The position numbers and the translations under genes are program-made. From assembly GCA_028534125.1 (NCBI GenBank), contig CM052817.1, positions 97,156,001-97,220,000 on the forward strand: 64,000 bases of DNA, in the 5' to 3' direction. This document shows, in pieces, positions 49,011 to 61,012 of this stretch. Position 1 is the first letter of the stretch, and every line of letters starts with the position of its first letter. Source of the DNA: Lama glama (lineage: Eukaryota). The notes beneath the pieces were generated by a model. That model was not told the origin of the DNA. It saw only the letters and a program-made list of their open reading frames with translations, and searched no databases.

Positions 49011-49454
49011 CTACCCTGTCCCAACTCTGGTGCAAGCTCAGAGCAACACTCAGAAATCCGATCATGTCTACAAGGCTGCCAAGCTAGGTAAGGTGGCCAA
49101 GTCGCCTGTCCCGGTGGAGGAAGACGGGCATTCACATCTGATGCATGTAATATGCCTGTTACATAAAACAGATTCAAACCAGAGCTATGTCATGGTTGAA
49201 CATTAATTGTTTTGGTGGCAAAAGGGCCAGTAACAGTGCAGAGTGGTGGGGTCACCAAACTGCTTTCATCCAATTCTCATTTCGAAATGGGTGAACTGTA
49301 TGGGGCAGGCAGGTGTGTATGTCGTTGGATGCAGGCGCTGGGCCCTGCTGAGGGAGCTGTGGCGGGGGGGGCAGCCCCGGCCCCTCATCTCGCCACTGTC
49401 TCCCTTCAGGCTCCCACTCCTGAGCTGGGGGCAGGGCTGAAACTTCTCCATCCC

Positions 49455-49965
49455 AGCCCTGGCTTATTAAGATATAACTGACATATAACTTTGTGCATTT
49501 TAAGGTGTACAAAGGGTTGACTTGATGCGCTTACAATTTGCAAAATGATTAACACCTCTATCACATTACATACTTACATTTCTTTTTTGTGATGAGAACT
49601 TTTAAGATCTCACTTGGCAGCTTTTGAGTAATACAGCATTGTTACTCTAGTCGCCGTGGTGTACACCAGATCCCCAGAACTTCCTCCTCTTATAAGCAGA
49701 AGTTCGTACTCTGACCGACATCTCATTTCCCCACCTTCTGGTAACCACTCTTCTACTCCCTGTTTCTATTAGTTTGCTTTTCCAGATCCCACGGGTAAGT
49801 GAGATCATGCAGTATTAGTCTCTGACTTATGTCACTTAGCGTCATGCCCTTAAGGTCCATCCACGTTGTTGCAAATGGTGGGGTTTCCTTCATTCTCACG
49901 GCTAAACAGTACTCCATTGTGTGTGTGTGTGTGTGTGTGTATACACCAAATCTTCTTTATCCATT
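49455..49965 (-). mobile_element. L1MA/L1MB-type 3'UTR with an internal (GT)n
   Basis: gatataactgacatataac...gtgatgagaacttttaagatct...gtaagtgagatcatgcagtat...gttgttgcaaatgg. Confidence 0.8.
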
Positions 49966-52900
49966 TTCAGCCACTTTGAAAGCATGAAAACATCAAGGAG
50001 AACTTTTCTGTCTTCTCACTGATTCAGCCATTTCTCCAACTCTGTGACCCAAGGACCTATCCATCCTCCTGGACCTGAGCCACTCCCAATTTGGTAAGTT
50101 AAAAAAAAAAAAACCACCACCCACAAATGCAGTATAGCATTACTCATTTCTCTTCTAATTACTAGGAATACAATTTCAAATTGGAAAGTATATATTCTCA
50201 TTTTTCTTCAGTTAATTCCATATCCTATTATGGGAAAAAAATGACTTTGGGTCATTTCCCACTGTGTTAAAGCAGACAATATTAATACTACATGTCATAA
50301 AGTAACTCTGTAGTCTTAAAAGAGATTCTGGTGAATATACATCTGTAACTTTCCCTCAGGAATTTTTTAAACTCAATTAGCAGGCTTAATTTGAGTTGGT
50401 TAATAAATAACTGCTAAAGGCCTTCACTACAAACCAGGAATCAAGAAACAGTCAGTGGGAGAAACATCTCGTGCTTCTGTCTGTGCCTGAACACTCTCCC
50501 TCCGTCGGTTCCAAGGACTGGCTGCTCTGTGCCCACGGGAAGCTGGGAACTAGCACGAGCCACTGGGTCTGCTCTGGGCTTGTTCACACACACACACGTG
50601 CTTGCTTAGCAAATGACGTGCCTCAGTTTCCACACCTGTGCAATGGGGGTAATACTAGTGCCTGTTGCACAGGGTTGCTGGAGGCAGAGTCAGGGAGCTG
50701 GCATGGAGGATGTGCTGAGTGGATGTCAGCTGTTAGTCAGGGTGTTGAGAGGCACTGCAGGAGCAAAACCTGCTCTGGGTCATTGTGTAACTTGGTGCTC
50801 AGGCCTCCCTTCTAGAAAAGGCGAGATGGGAGCACTTTGTGTTTGGCCTTTCCAGGAAAGAGACTGCGGAAACAGAACTGGGAGGGTAAGTTTCTTCACT
50901 TTCCCGGTGGTGGGCCAGTGGCTGTGGGAGCTAAAAGACAAGCCAGATCCTGTTCTCTAGACGGGCTGCCACAAACGAGCCTCACTGGACAGAGGGCCAG
51001 GGCCGAGGGTGTGAAGGACACAGTTTAAGTTCACCCTGGTCTCTGCTCCTGCTGCAGCCCCTGAGGTCTCTCCGTGTGGGCACCTGTGGGTCTGTTTTTT
51101 ACTTTGAAATTTTAACCTGAGGTTAGACATCCGAGTTTCTAGGCCAGATCAGCCCCCGAGTAGGACAGCCCGGCAGCCCCACCCTTCCCAGCTCTGGGGC
51201 TGGCCCTCGTCCAGAGACCAAAGCTCCCGGTGCTCAGAGCGTTTGGGGTGGAGGCAGAGGTCCTACCCACGACTCACCCTCCTCGTCCATCCATCCCAGT
51301 GACCAAGCACCTGCTCTGGGTCAGGCACTGGGAAGGGGAGGAGGAAGGTGGTCGGAGTGGAAAGGTGGCCTTGGCACATGGCCTGACAGGGTGGAGGTGG
51401 GTCACTCAGTGTGTTCAGAGCAGCGGGGGCTCGTGAGGCAGTGCCTGTTGGCTGACAACCTGATTTCCCTGATAACCGACACACGTTACCTGGACGGCCA
51501 GGGCTGCTTAAGGGCTTGTGTTTGTAAACAGGTGACAGCACTGCCGATTCCGACGTGTGATAGGAGATACGGAGCAGAGTGAATCAGCTCTTGAACCTGA
51601 GGCAGCTTGCAGGGAGCACCCTGGTGGGGGACAGGTCCCCTGCCCCTGTGTTTAACACCCACGTGAGCATCACCTAGGAGGTGCTGGAGAAACAGACCAG
51701 AGAGAGGCCAGGGGCTGGGCACTCCTCATGGACCCTGCACGTTAACCTGGGGCTGGCGTTTCCTACGCCCAGGGCTTCTGTTCATAGCCGATGCCTTGAC
51801 CGGCTGCAGAGGGATGGGGGCTCTCCTGGGGCATGTGCGGTCAGGCTGGCAGCCAGGGCTGGGCCTTTGACCCTGTGAACACCTGGAGGGGGAACCCTGT
51901 CACCACAACCACCCCAGGAAAGGACTCACGCCTAACTCTTGGGGTGGTCAAGATGCCTAGGGGGCCCCAACAGCCTGGCCCACCTGCCCTTAGAAGGCTA
52001 AAAACCTCTGAAGACCCCAACCCAGCAAGGCCTGAGCCAGTGGTTGCAGTTGGTGAGGTCAGGGATCATCTGAGAATCAAAGCCGGGTGTCCTCAATCTC
52101 TGGGAAAGGAGGACAGGGGCCACCCTGGTCCAGGCTGCCACGTGCTTGCTGACCCAGGGAGCCCCTCATAGCCAGTGCACCAGGACCCACGGATCCCTGA
52201 GCAGATGTCTGAGGTGGGTTGTTGCTGCGGGAAAGGGCACCATCCCTACTGGAAAAAGCAGGGTGCAGGGAGGGCGGGGCTGCAGGTGGTCAGAGCACGA
52301 AGCAGTAGGGACTAGGCCCCCGGGGAGTCATATGTGGAACTGGGTCAGCAGGGATGCTGAGCCAAATGGGTGTGTCGCCGTGAAGTGTCTAACGGTCACG
52401 CCAGACACATGCATGGGGGAGGTCTCCTGGTGCAAGGCAGGTAGGGCCTCTGCCTGAGCCCAGAAGACACAAGGACAACCTGGTGTGATGCACGTGCCAT
52501 CACCTGCTTTTCAAATGATGTGAGTATTGGTTTCTGCTTATTTCCGAGTCTCTTACCCTCTGTCAAGGATCCCCCCCTTCCTGCAGTCACTCTTCACAGC
52601 CCTCCAACTCCACCTACCTGGAGCCTCAGCCGGAAGGAGTCCTTCTTCTCCTAGGATGCTGCCCCCACCTTCTCTTTTATCCAGTGGTTCCCATCTCTTA
52701 CATGTTTCCCACCTAACAGCTCGCGTAGTGGCCTACAAGCTCCTTGAAGGCAGGAGCCACGCATGCAGCCCTGCTGGGGGTTTGAGGGACTCAGCGCTCT
52801 GGCTGCCTGGCCTGCTGCCTGTGTTCCTCTGACCCCCTCCTAAGTGCTCAGGAACAACTTATGGCAGTACTTTTTAATGGCAGCTGGTTGCTAGTTTTTA

Positions 52901-53106
52901 ATCAATGAACCAAAACAAAAACTGAGTAAGTCAAATGGGCCTATTCATTTGCAGTGGCACTAAGTAAATAATGCAGACCTTGATACATGAAGCTAACCTT
53001 TTTCATCAACACACACCTTTCATCTTTCCCCGTCATTCTGATGTCCTTTGCTTTGTTTATACCAAGGTTTAATGTGACTTTGTATGCCCGGTCACTGCTC
53101 TCTGTG

Positions 53107-53606
53107 NNNNNNNNNNNNNNNNNNNNNNNNNNNNNNNNNNNNNNNNNNNNNNNNNNNNNNNNNNNNNNNNNNNNNNNNNNNNNNNNNNNNNNNNNNNNNN
53201 NNNNNNNNNNNNNNNNNNNNNNNNNNNNNNNNNNNNNNNNNNNNNNNNNNNNNNNNNNNNNNNNNNNNNNNNNNNNNNNNNNNNNNNNNNNNNNNNNNNN
53301 NNNNNNNNNNNNNNNNNNNNNNNNNNNNNNNNNNNNNNNNNNNNNNNNNNNNNNNNNNNNNNNNNNNNNNNNNNNNNNNNNNNNNNNNNNNNNNNNNNNN
53401 NNNNNNNNNNNNNNNNNNNNNNNNNNNNNNNNNNNNNNNNNNNNNNNNNNNNNNNNNNNNNNNNNNNNNNNNNNNNNNNNNNNNNNNNNNNNNNNNNNNN
53501 NNNNNNNNNNNNNNNNNNNNNNNNNNNNNNNNNNNNNNNNNNNNNNNNNNNNNNNNNNNNNNNNNNNNNNNNNNNNNNNNNNNNNNNNNNNNNNNNNNNN
53601 NNNNNN
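53107..53606. other. Assembly gap of exactly 500 N in NR3C2 intron 8
   Basis: Fixed-size N run, as used for scaffold joins of unknown size. Confidence 0.98.
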
Positions 53607-54249
53607 TTACTCATACATGGGTCTAGGTCCATAATAGTTTGTTTGGGGGTTATTTACAAAGTTTGCTAAGCCACTGTGATTTCTTAGCTGTACTGAAACA
53701 CATAAGCACAAAACTTTGCAAGTTCTCTCAACCACATTCAAGACGCTCCTGTTACATGCATGCCATCACATCCCAGAAAGACTCGTACTTCTATTTATTA
53801 AAGCAGTTTTACTGGGTAACACCTGACTGTTTTTTTTTTTTTAAGTTTATTGTTGTCCCTGTTTGCTGTGTGGCTTCCGACAGAGGTACTGGAAACCTCG
53901 TGAGCATCAGCACAAGCCGAACCAATCAGCCCTTCCTCCTCGTTGCTATGGTTACTGAACAGGTTTTCAGACTGGTTGCTAACTGACCTGTTCGCAGCTT
54001 CTGCCCTGCTGACCCCTCGTTCGCACAGTGTGGGACACACTTTTCTGGCTTGTCCTCTCTGTCCATTGTTTTGTCTTCCTATCTCACCTCTGTGGTGCCT
54101 TCTCCTTTTGGGTTCCTTGGTGGTTATCTTCCCCCAGGGTTCAGTTCTATCCACCATGTTGCCAAAACAACACCCACGCAGTTCTATTGACCCCACCTCC
54201 CAGGCTTCAGGGACCACCACGTGCAGCACCTCCTGAAGGGGCATCAGCA

Positions 54250-55250
54250 CTTCGCTTCCCCATCCTCATCTCCGCAGAGCCCTGAGCTCACCTGCCATCT
54301 CCCCTGGTCACCTCAAATCTGTGCACCCAAACCACGTTCATCATCTGCCCACAAAGCTCCTCCCCTTGCACCCCCCCACCCAGCCCCAGTGCTGGTGCTG
54401 TGCCACCCACCAATCTATGCCTGAGTCCTGAGGGTCATCTTAGACCCACTCCCTCCTCTCTGAACCCCCACGTCCTATCCACCACCAAGAGCTATCCATC
54501 CGACCACCTGACTATGTCCTTGTCCCCCTGCCCCTGCTCTAACTTAGCCCCCAGCCCCCGTCCTGCACCAGATCCTAACTGGCCCTTTGCGCCTCCTCTA
54601 ACAGACTCTCTAGATCAGGACTGTCCAATACGACCGTCTGCACTGCCCAAGATGCTGGCAACTAGCCACACGTGGCTGCTGAGCACTTGGGATGTGGTTT
54701 CGTGTGACTGGGGGCTGAATTTTAAATTTTACTAAATTTACATGTCAGTAGCCACCTGTGCCCAGTGGTTACCACATTGAAAGGGTCAGCGCTAGTCTCC
54801 AAAGATGTGCTCAAAAACCCTCAACGTGCTTTACAGATCCTTTCACTGTCTCCATCCTTCTTTCTCTCCATTCTTTCCTGACGTTCTTGGATACAATGAA
54901 ATTCTCCATTTCTCCAAATCACCATGTGCTTTCTCCCTTGGGATATTAATTCCTTTGCTTGGGTTAGCTTCCCTCTGCCTGTCTGGCCAACTCCTGCTTC
55001 GCCTTTGGGGCTCAGCTTGGCCATCACTTCCCTCATCTCATGCCCTGGCCCATCTCCTCCCTGACACTCCACCGTCTGGATACCCTACCTATGGGTCTTC
55101 CAGTCCACATCGAGCACCCATCACACTGTGGTCAGGTTCTCCGCTTACTTGTCTCCTCTGCTCCCACTACACTGCACACTCTGAGGGCAGGGACTGAGTC
55201 TCTGGCCGTCATTGTACCCTCAGCACCAGCACCATGCCTGGCCTAGTGGA
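54250..55250 (+). mobile_element. L2 LINE remnant (interrupted by MER3)
   Basis: Pyrimidine-rich L2 3' region ending ctgagggcagggactgagtct...attgtaccctcagcaccagcaccatgcctggc. Confidence 0.6.
54615..54792. mobile_element. MER3-like hAT-Charlie element nested in an L2
   Basis: ctgtccaata...actagccacacgtggctgctgagcacttg...gctgaattttaaatttta...tagccacctgtgcccagtggttacc. Confidence 0.75.
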
Positions 55251-55284
55251 GTCTGCTGTGCGTGCACCTGCCTGCCCGGGGCTC

Positions 55285-55370
55285 CTTGACCATCTTGGCA
55301 ATGATTTTTTGGATATGACACCAAACACACAAGTGACAAAAGCAAAGTTCAACAAGTAGACTACATCAAG
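55285..55370 (+). mobile_element. Short L1 ORF2 fragment
   Basis: ttggcaatgattttttggatatgacaccaaa...aaaagcaaa...gactacatcaa. Confidence 0.65.
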
Positions 55371-56079
55371 CAGCAGTCTCCCAGGGCATCAACAGGAGAG
55401 CCTGGAGAAACACAACCGTGGCCACGGAGCAGCAATGCCCTTAACCATGGACGTAGTGAACAAAGGAGGTCCAACAGACAAGGGCGCCCTTTGCATCCAC
55501 AGAGAGTCATGTCTCCCAGCTGGGCTTCATGGCCCCAGTTACCAGCACATGAAACACACCAGTCCTGGAACCACCCAGTCCTCCCCACACCACACCCAAA
55601 TCATCCATTCCCTATTTACCCACGATATTGAAAAACCACAACATTCTGACCAATTATTTTTTCCCTTTTCCCCATTTTTATCTTTAAATATGTTTGATGC
55701 ATTTTTCAGCTAAAAAACATAAAAAAACTTTTTCAGATGAAAATTAGCACTCATTGGCACAATTCACCCAGGACAATGCATTCAGAACTCTGCTATACCC
55801 TTGAAATGAGAAATCTGTAAAGGCAAACGCCAAAATACGGCTGTAGAAAGAGTCGCTGTGAACCATTAGTAACTGTGTCGTTGGTTTCACCAACTAGACA
55901 AAGAAGAGGGTCTGCTGTGTCAATTACTCCGTTAATTTGAAATCTTTTCCTATGTAGGTTTCTCTTCCCCGAGGACTGGGTCTTTCTCCCTCCCTGGTGC
56001 CCTGGAAGATAAGGCTTTGCTCCCTTAGCTGACTCTGACACAAACAACATGGTCCTGTCAGAGAAGCAGGTATTAGGTG

Positions 56080-56083
<4 letters not shown>

Positions 56084-56135
<52 letters not shown>
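56084..56135 (+). repeat. Perfect (AC)n microsatellite, about 26 units
   Basis: Uninterrupted AC run. Confidence 0.97.
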
Positions 56136-56137
<2 letters not shown>

Positions 56138-56799
56138 CTGCCAACCCTCTTTATCACAGATATAGAATCAAATAACTTCACCTCATTGTAACCTGAGTGA
56201 GGGGAAGGGAGGAAACGTGCCTCGACACGCTGAGGCAGCCTGGCCAGGCATCACTTCTTATCAGCAGTGTTTTGACAACACGAGGACAAGGGTTTTCCGT
56301 TCCCCAACGTCGGTCCTTCCTGATGGTGACCTCCCAGGATTCTGCCCTCATCTCCATCACAAAACCCCTTTCATGCCCTCAGTGAAGCACAAAGCATCTC
56401 AAGCACACCCAACACGTTCTAACACCATCAGGCTCCCCTGCTAAACGCAGGACGCACAGGAAGCTGACGCTGGGGGGCACTGGCACTTGGAGTGCCTTGG
56501 AAAGGCTTCTGTGTGACCGCAGGCTATGTGATTTGCTACCAGATGACTGCCCCACACTGTAGATGGCCTTTTCTACCCACTGCTCTGCTTGGTCTTGAAA
56601 ACTGCAGACTGTCGCTCCTTGAAGGCACTTGCCATGTACTGGAGTCTGCCCTTAAAGGAAACTAAAACGGCCTGATGGATGCTCTTTGGTGGTGCAGAGA
56701 CACGGTTTCGGGGAAACCCAAACACCATCTTGGAAAAGGGGAAGCGGAGTGGTGAACATGTGTTCGGCGCCTTAGTACCTGTGTTATTTCATGCACTTC

Positions 56800-56930
56800 T
56801 AAAAATTCCCTCTAAGGTGGCTATTAGTCCCATTTTAAGAAACTGAGGGCCAAAAACTTTAAGTGAAGCGCCCAAGCTGACTGAGATAACTGTTGGTGGA
56901 GCAGCACAGGCCATGCTCTCTCTGCTGTCC
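56800..56930 (-). mobile_element. MIR SINE
   Basis: tattagtcccattttaagaaactgagggcc...taagtgaagcgcccaag. Confidence 0.6.
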
Positions 56931-58260
56931 CCAGAGGTCACAAGTCTGTGGCAGACTCCTTTTGGGGCCTCAGAACGTTCCTGGAGGAGACGCTGACTGT
57001 GAAGATGTGAAACAGAGTCAAACGTGAAAGCAAGGAACAGTCCAAAGGGTGGATCCACCCTACTTGGGGCTGGCAGGCTTCAGTGTGCAGGAAGAAATGC
57101 TTAAAATAGGTTGGTCGCTGCTCTCAAAACCACCTTGAGCAACAGTCTTGGTGGAGATGGCCAACACCACTGCTCAAATGCAAAAGCACCCGCTCATTAA
57201 ATGAGCAATGGGGACTTCAAAATAATGTGTTAACAGCCCTGGCCGCTAGCAGTAATGTCTCTTTTGTTGGTGACTGTGTCACTGACATGTAACAGTCTCT
57301 CCATGTAAACAGTGGAGTCTCCCAGAGCCTCTGGTGTGCACGTGGAGCAGGTGCTGTATCACCAGATGTTCTGCTCCCATCGCACCCGCCTTCCCCTTGC
57401 GGGAGGGAGCCTGGCTGGAGGAGAGCCACTTGCGTTGTGCAGCCTTCTCTCTGCAAGCACAGAAAGCAACCGCTCAGCAACACGACCCTCTGGTCACACC
57501 AAGGGAGACACCGGTGCTCACCCAAGCAATGGGTAGGTTCTTAGCTGGGTTTAATGATTATCGGGAGAGACAAAAACCTCCCACGGAAGCCGGCTCAGCT
57601 TATGGTGAGGCCGACCCAATGTCTGGTTTTGGGAACTGCTGAACATGTGTGACATTTGAGCATCAACACTGGATTCACTGCCTTCAAGATGGAACCCCAT
57701 GCCTCACAGAAACGATGCATTCCAGAAGATGGCAGGGAAGAGCCAAATGAGTCTGGAGAGCCGGAGTGAGCGCAGTGCAGCTGCTTCCAATGCTCCTCGG
57801 GCTAATCTGCTGATCTCCAAAGATGCAGCCCAGCCTGAACCCCAGCCGCTGTGACCAGCCTGAAGCGCCCCTGCATCAGGCGGGTGGTGCTGGGATGACC
57901 ATCAGACAGTCAAGAGGGTTCCAGCTGTCACTGGCTACCTAGGGACCTTAAGAAATCACTCTCTGGACCTCTGTCTCTTCTTCCATGACTTAAAGATTCT
58001 CTGAGACCCACCCCCCGGGTCTTCCATGACATGACCTCTGCTCAGCACAGCTGGCACCCAGATCTTCTCAACAAGGCTTTCCAGCAACTCAGAGTAAACA
58101 TCGGGGAGCCCAGAACGCATGGTGAGCTCACCTCTTCAGGCTCTCAGCCCCGTGTACACGGCTATCTGACTGCCCTGAGCCGGCGGAAAGCTCCTGGAGG
58201 CCAGGCCAGGGGCGTCCCCTCTAGCGCACTGCCTGATGCTTTTAGACACTGATGGATTTG

Positions 58261-58494
58261 CTGAATGAGACGAACCTCTCCTCTATCAGAGCAAGTGGGG
58301 ATCCTAAGGACAGGAATGGGGATAATGAGAGTCGCACTCGTCTTACAGGGAGTTTGTAGGAGTGCCCGAAATAACACAGTAATCAGGCACCCTCTATGTG
58401 ACAGGTGCCGAGCACACGTTCACCCCTCTGCTTCCCCTTCTGAACGAGATGATCCTCTTTCTCCATTAGAGCAAGTGGGATTCCTAAGGACAGG
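58261..58494 (+). repeat. Dispersed direct repeat of about 55 bp (58261-58314 and 58440-58494)
   Basis: ctgaatgagacgaacctctcctctatcagagcaagtggggatcctaaggacagg versus ctgaacgagatgatcctctttctccattagagcaagtgggattcctaaggacagg. Confidence 0.85.
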
Positions 58495-59879
58495 CATTCT
58501 GTTTACACTTGCCCCTCTGGTCCTAGAACGTGTAGGGGCTCACTGACAGGCACAGATGGGCACACGTGTGCTCTCCACGGTCCTGCTGCCCAGGAGGCCA
58601 GTCTCGGCCCCTCGCTGCCTGCTCCTGCCTTGCACTGCGCTCTCGCTGTGTTTCTAGAATCCCAGCTATTTGAGGGTTGGGTTGGTGTCATGGATTCCTT
58701 TTCCATCCTCTGTAGTCTCATCCGTTTTGCCAGGCCTGAGACACCATGCAGGCCAGTGTGTACCCTGAAATAGTCAATTACAACAGCACAACCTTGCAAC
58801 TGTGGCACAGAAGAAGGGCAATTTTTTTTTGCCTCTAGGAAATGCTATTAATATTATCATTTAACGTTTACTTGCTGTTATACACACTGATTATCGCATA
58901 AATAAATAGCCTTTGATCTCCATGAATGAACAAAAGTTACCAATGAATTCATTAGAAATGAGCCTCTTAAACCCAGAGGAAATTAACCGTCACTCCTAGC
59001 AATAGCTAGAAAATGACCAGTAATTCTCCATTCTCTCTGGAAGAATAAGGAACCTATATGTTGTACAGATAACACCCAAATGTTCGCAATGCAAGAACAC
59101 GCTTCCTAGGAGCCTGACCACAGCTGCTTTCTGGGAAACTTTTTTGGAGTGGAAGACTTGTTTGAAGGGCTTATGATTCATTCAAGTTATGGACCGACTC
59201 AAACACTCAACTGCCAACCTGTTCTTCAGAGAATGTTCCCTTCACTCACCTTGGCACGGCTCTGCCAACGCACGTGTGCACCATGTGGGAGAAAACCACG
59301 CGTCCCGAGAGCCACGGATGTGTGTCCTGAGGGCTGGCGTGCTACGCACGCGGTTGAAGCGTACTCTGACTTACATGCACAGGGCTCTTGTTTGTGGAAC
59401 CCTTAGGAACTTATGCTCCTTTTCCACAAGGAGACCAAAACGAGGCTCTGGGTACAGAGCCCGTCCTTGTGAAGCTTTGCTCCCTGGAAGAAAACTCCAC
59501 AGATGTTGACTCACCAATTCACTCTAATGAAAAAGCAGTGGGCAGCCTCAAGTCTGAGTCAGCGTTGAGTGTTAGAAAGGTCCCTCCAGACTTACAATGC
59601 ATTTTTCCATGTTCTGTCCGGGATGGGAATAAACACAGAGCATCCAAGACACGTCTGTTAGGCTACTTCTAAGAGCAAACACTTTTGATAATTTAAAATA
59701 AAGGTTTTAGGATTCAAGTGATTCCAGTGATTCCCCAAAGAATGTCCTCCTTCCAGCCAAAGTGGAGCAAGGCACATTGGATTTACCTTTCCGCCAGGAA
59801 CAACCAAAAATGCTCAGGAAAAAAAGACATGAAGAAATGGTTTTTGAGACCCTACCTGTCAGTCAGTGAAGGACAGTGG

Positions 59880-61012
59880 TCTCTAGAAGAAAGCAGAGGA
59901 GGAAAGTTCTGCGACACTGGCTGAGGCAAGCATTTCTCAGCTGCAACGCCAAAAACATGACTCACAGAAGAAAAAAAATCGACTGGACTTTATTATAATT
60001 TAAAATTTTTGCTCTTCAAAAGACATTGTTAAGAGAATGAAAAGATAAGCCACAGACTGAGAGAAAATACTTGTAGGTCACATAACTTATAAAGGAATTG
60101 TATCTAGAATATAGGAGGACCTCTCAAAACTCAACAATCCAATTAAAGACAAACAATCCAGGTTTTTAAAAATGGGCAAAAGAGTAGAACAGATACTTCA
60201 GCAAAGAAGATATGAAGAAGAGGAATAAGCAGGAGAAAAGATCATTAGTCATTAGGGAAATAAATACAAATTAAAACTGCAGGGAGACATCACCACACAG
60301 CGATCAGAATAGCTAAAACTACAAAGACTGATCATACCGAGTGGCAGCAAGGATGTGGAGCAATCTGGACCCACACACACTTCTCAAAGGAAGGTTCAAC
60401 TGTCCAACCACTTTGGAAAACAGTCTCGTAAACAATGAAAACACACCTACCAAAGGACCCAGATCTCCAACAGCTACGTATTCACTCAAGGAAAAGAGAG
60501 TGATGTTCACACAAAGACGTATACACAATGCTCAGGGCAACTGTATCCGTACTAGTCCCCAGTCTGAGAAGCCACCCAAACGTCCATCAGTAGGTGACGG
60601 GACTACCAAAACGTGGCACGTCTTCACGATGGGACACTGCTCAGCAGTGAGTAGGAATGAAGTACTGACACAGGACAACACCAGTGGATGACTCCCAAAA
60701 CAATGACACAAAGTGAAGGGAGCCAGATACAAAAGACCACAGACAACATCATTCCATTCATGCGAAACACCTGAACATACAAACGAATCTAATTGCCAGA
60801 AAGCAATGCAGAAAGCAGCTGGGGAGCAGTAGAGAGCAGGAAAGGTTAAAAAAAAAAAGGTACAAGGAAACTTTCAGAGTGATGGGTCTGTTTGTTATCC
60901 TGAGGTGATGACTGTTTCATGGGTGTATAACATGTGTCAAACTTCCCTAATGGTACACTTTAAATACGTTCAGTTTACTGAGTATTAATTACACCTTGAT
61001 AAAAAAAATACT
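59880..61012 (+). mobile_element. Old L1M 3' region (ORF2 end and 3'UTR), antisense to NR3C2
   Basis: Motifs aagagaatgaaaagataagccacagactg, aaatgggcaaa and caaccactttggaaaacagt. A-rich end near 61005. Confidence 0.85.

Noticed and set aside
52987..53634. ORFs spanning the N run
   Set aside because: Artefacts of translating Ns.
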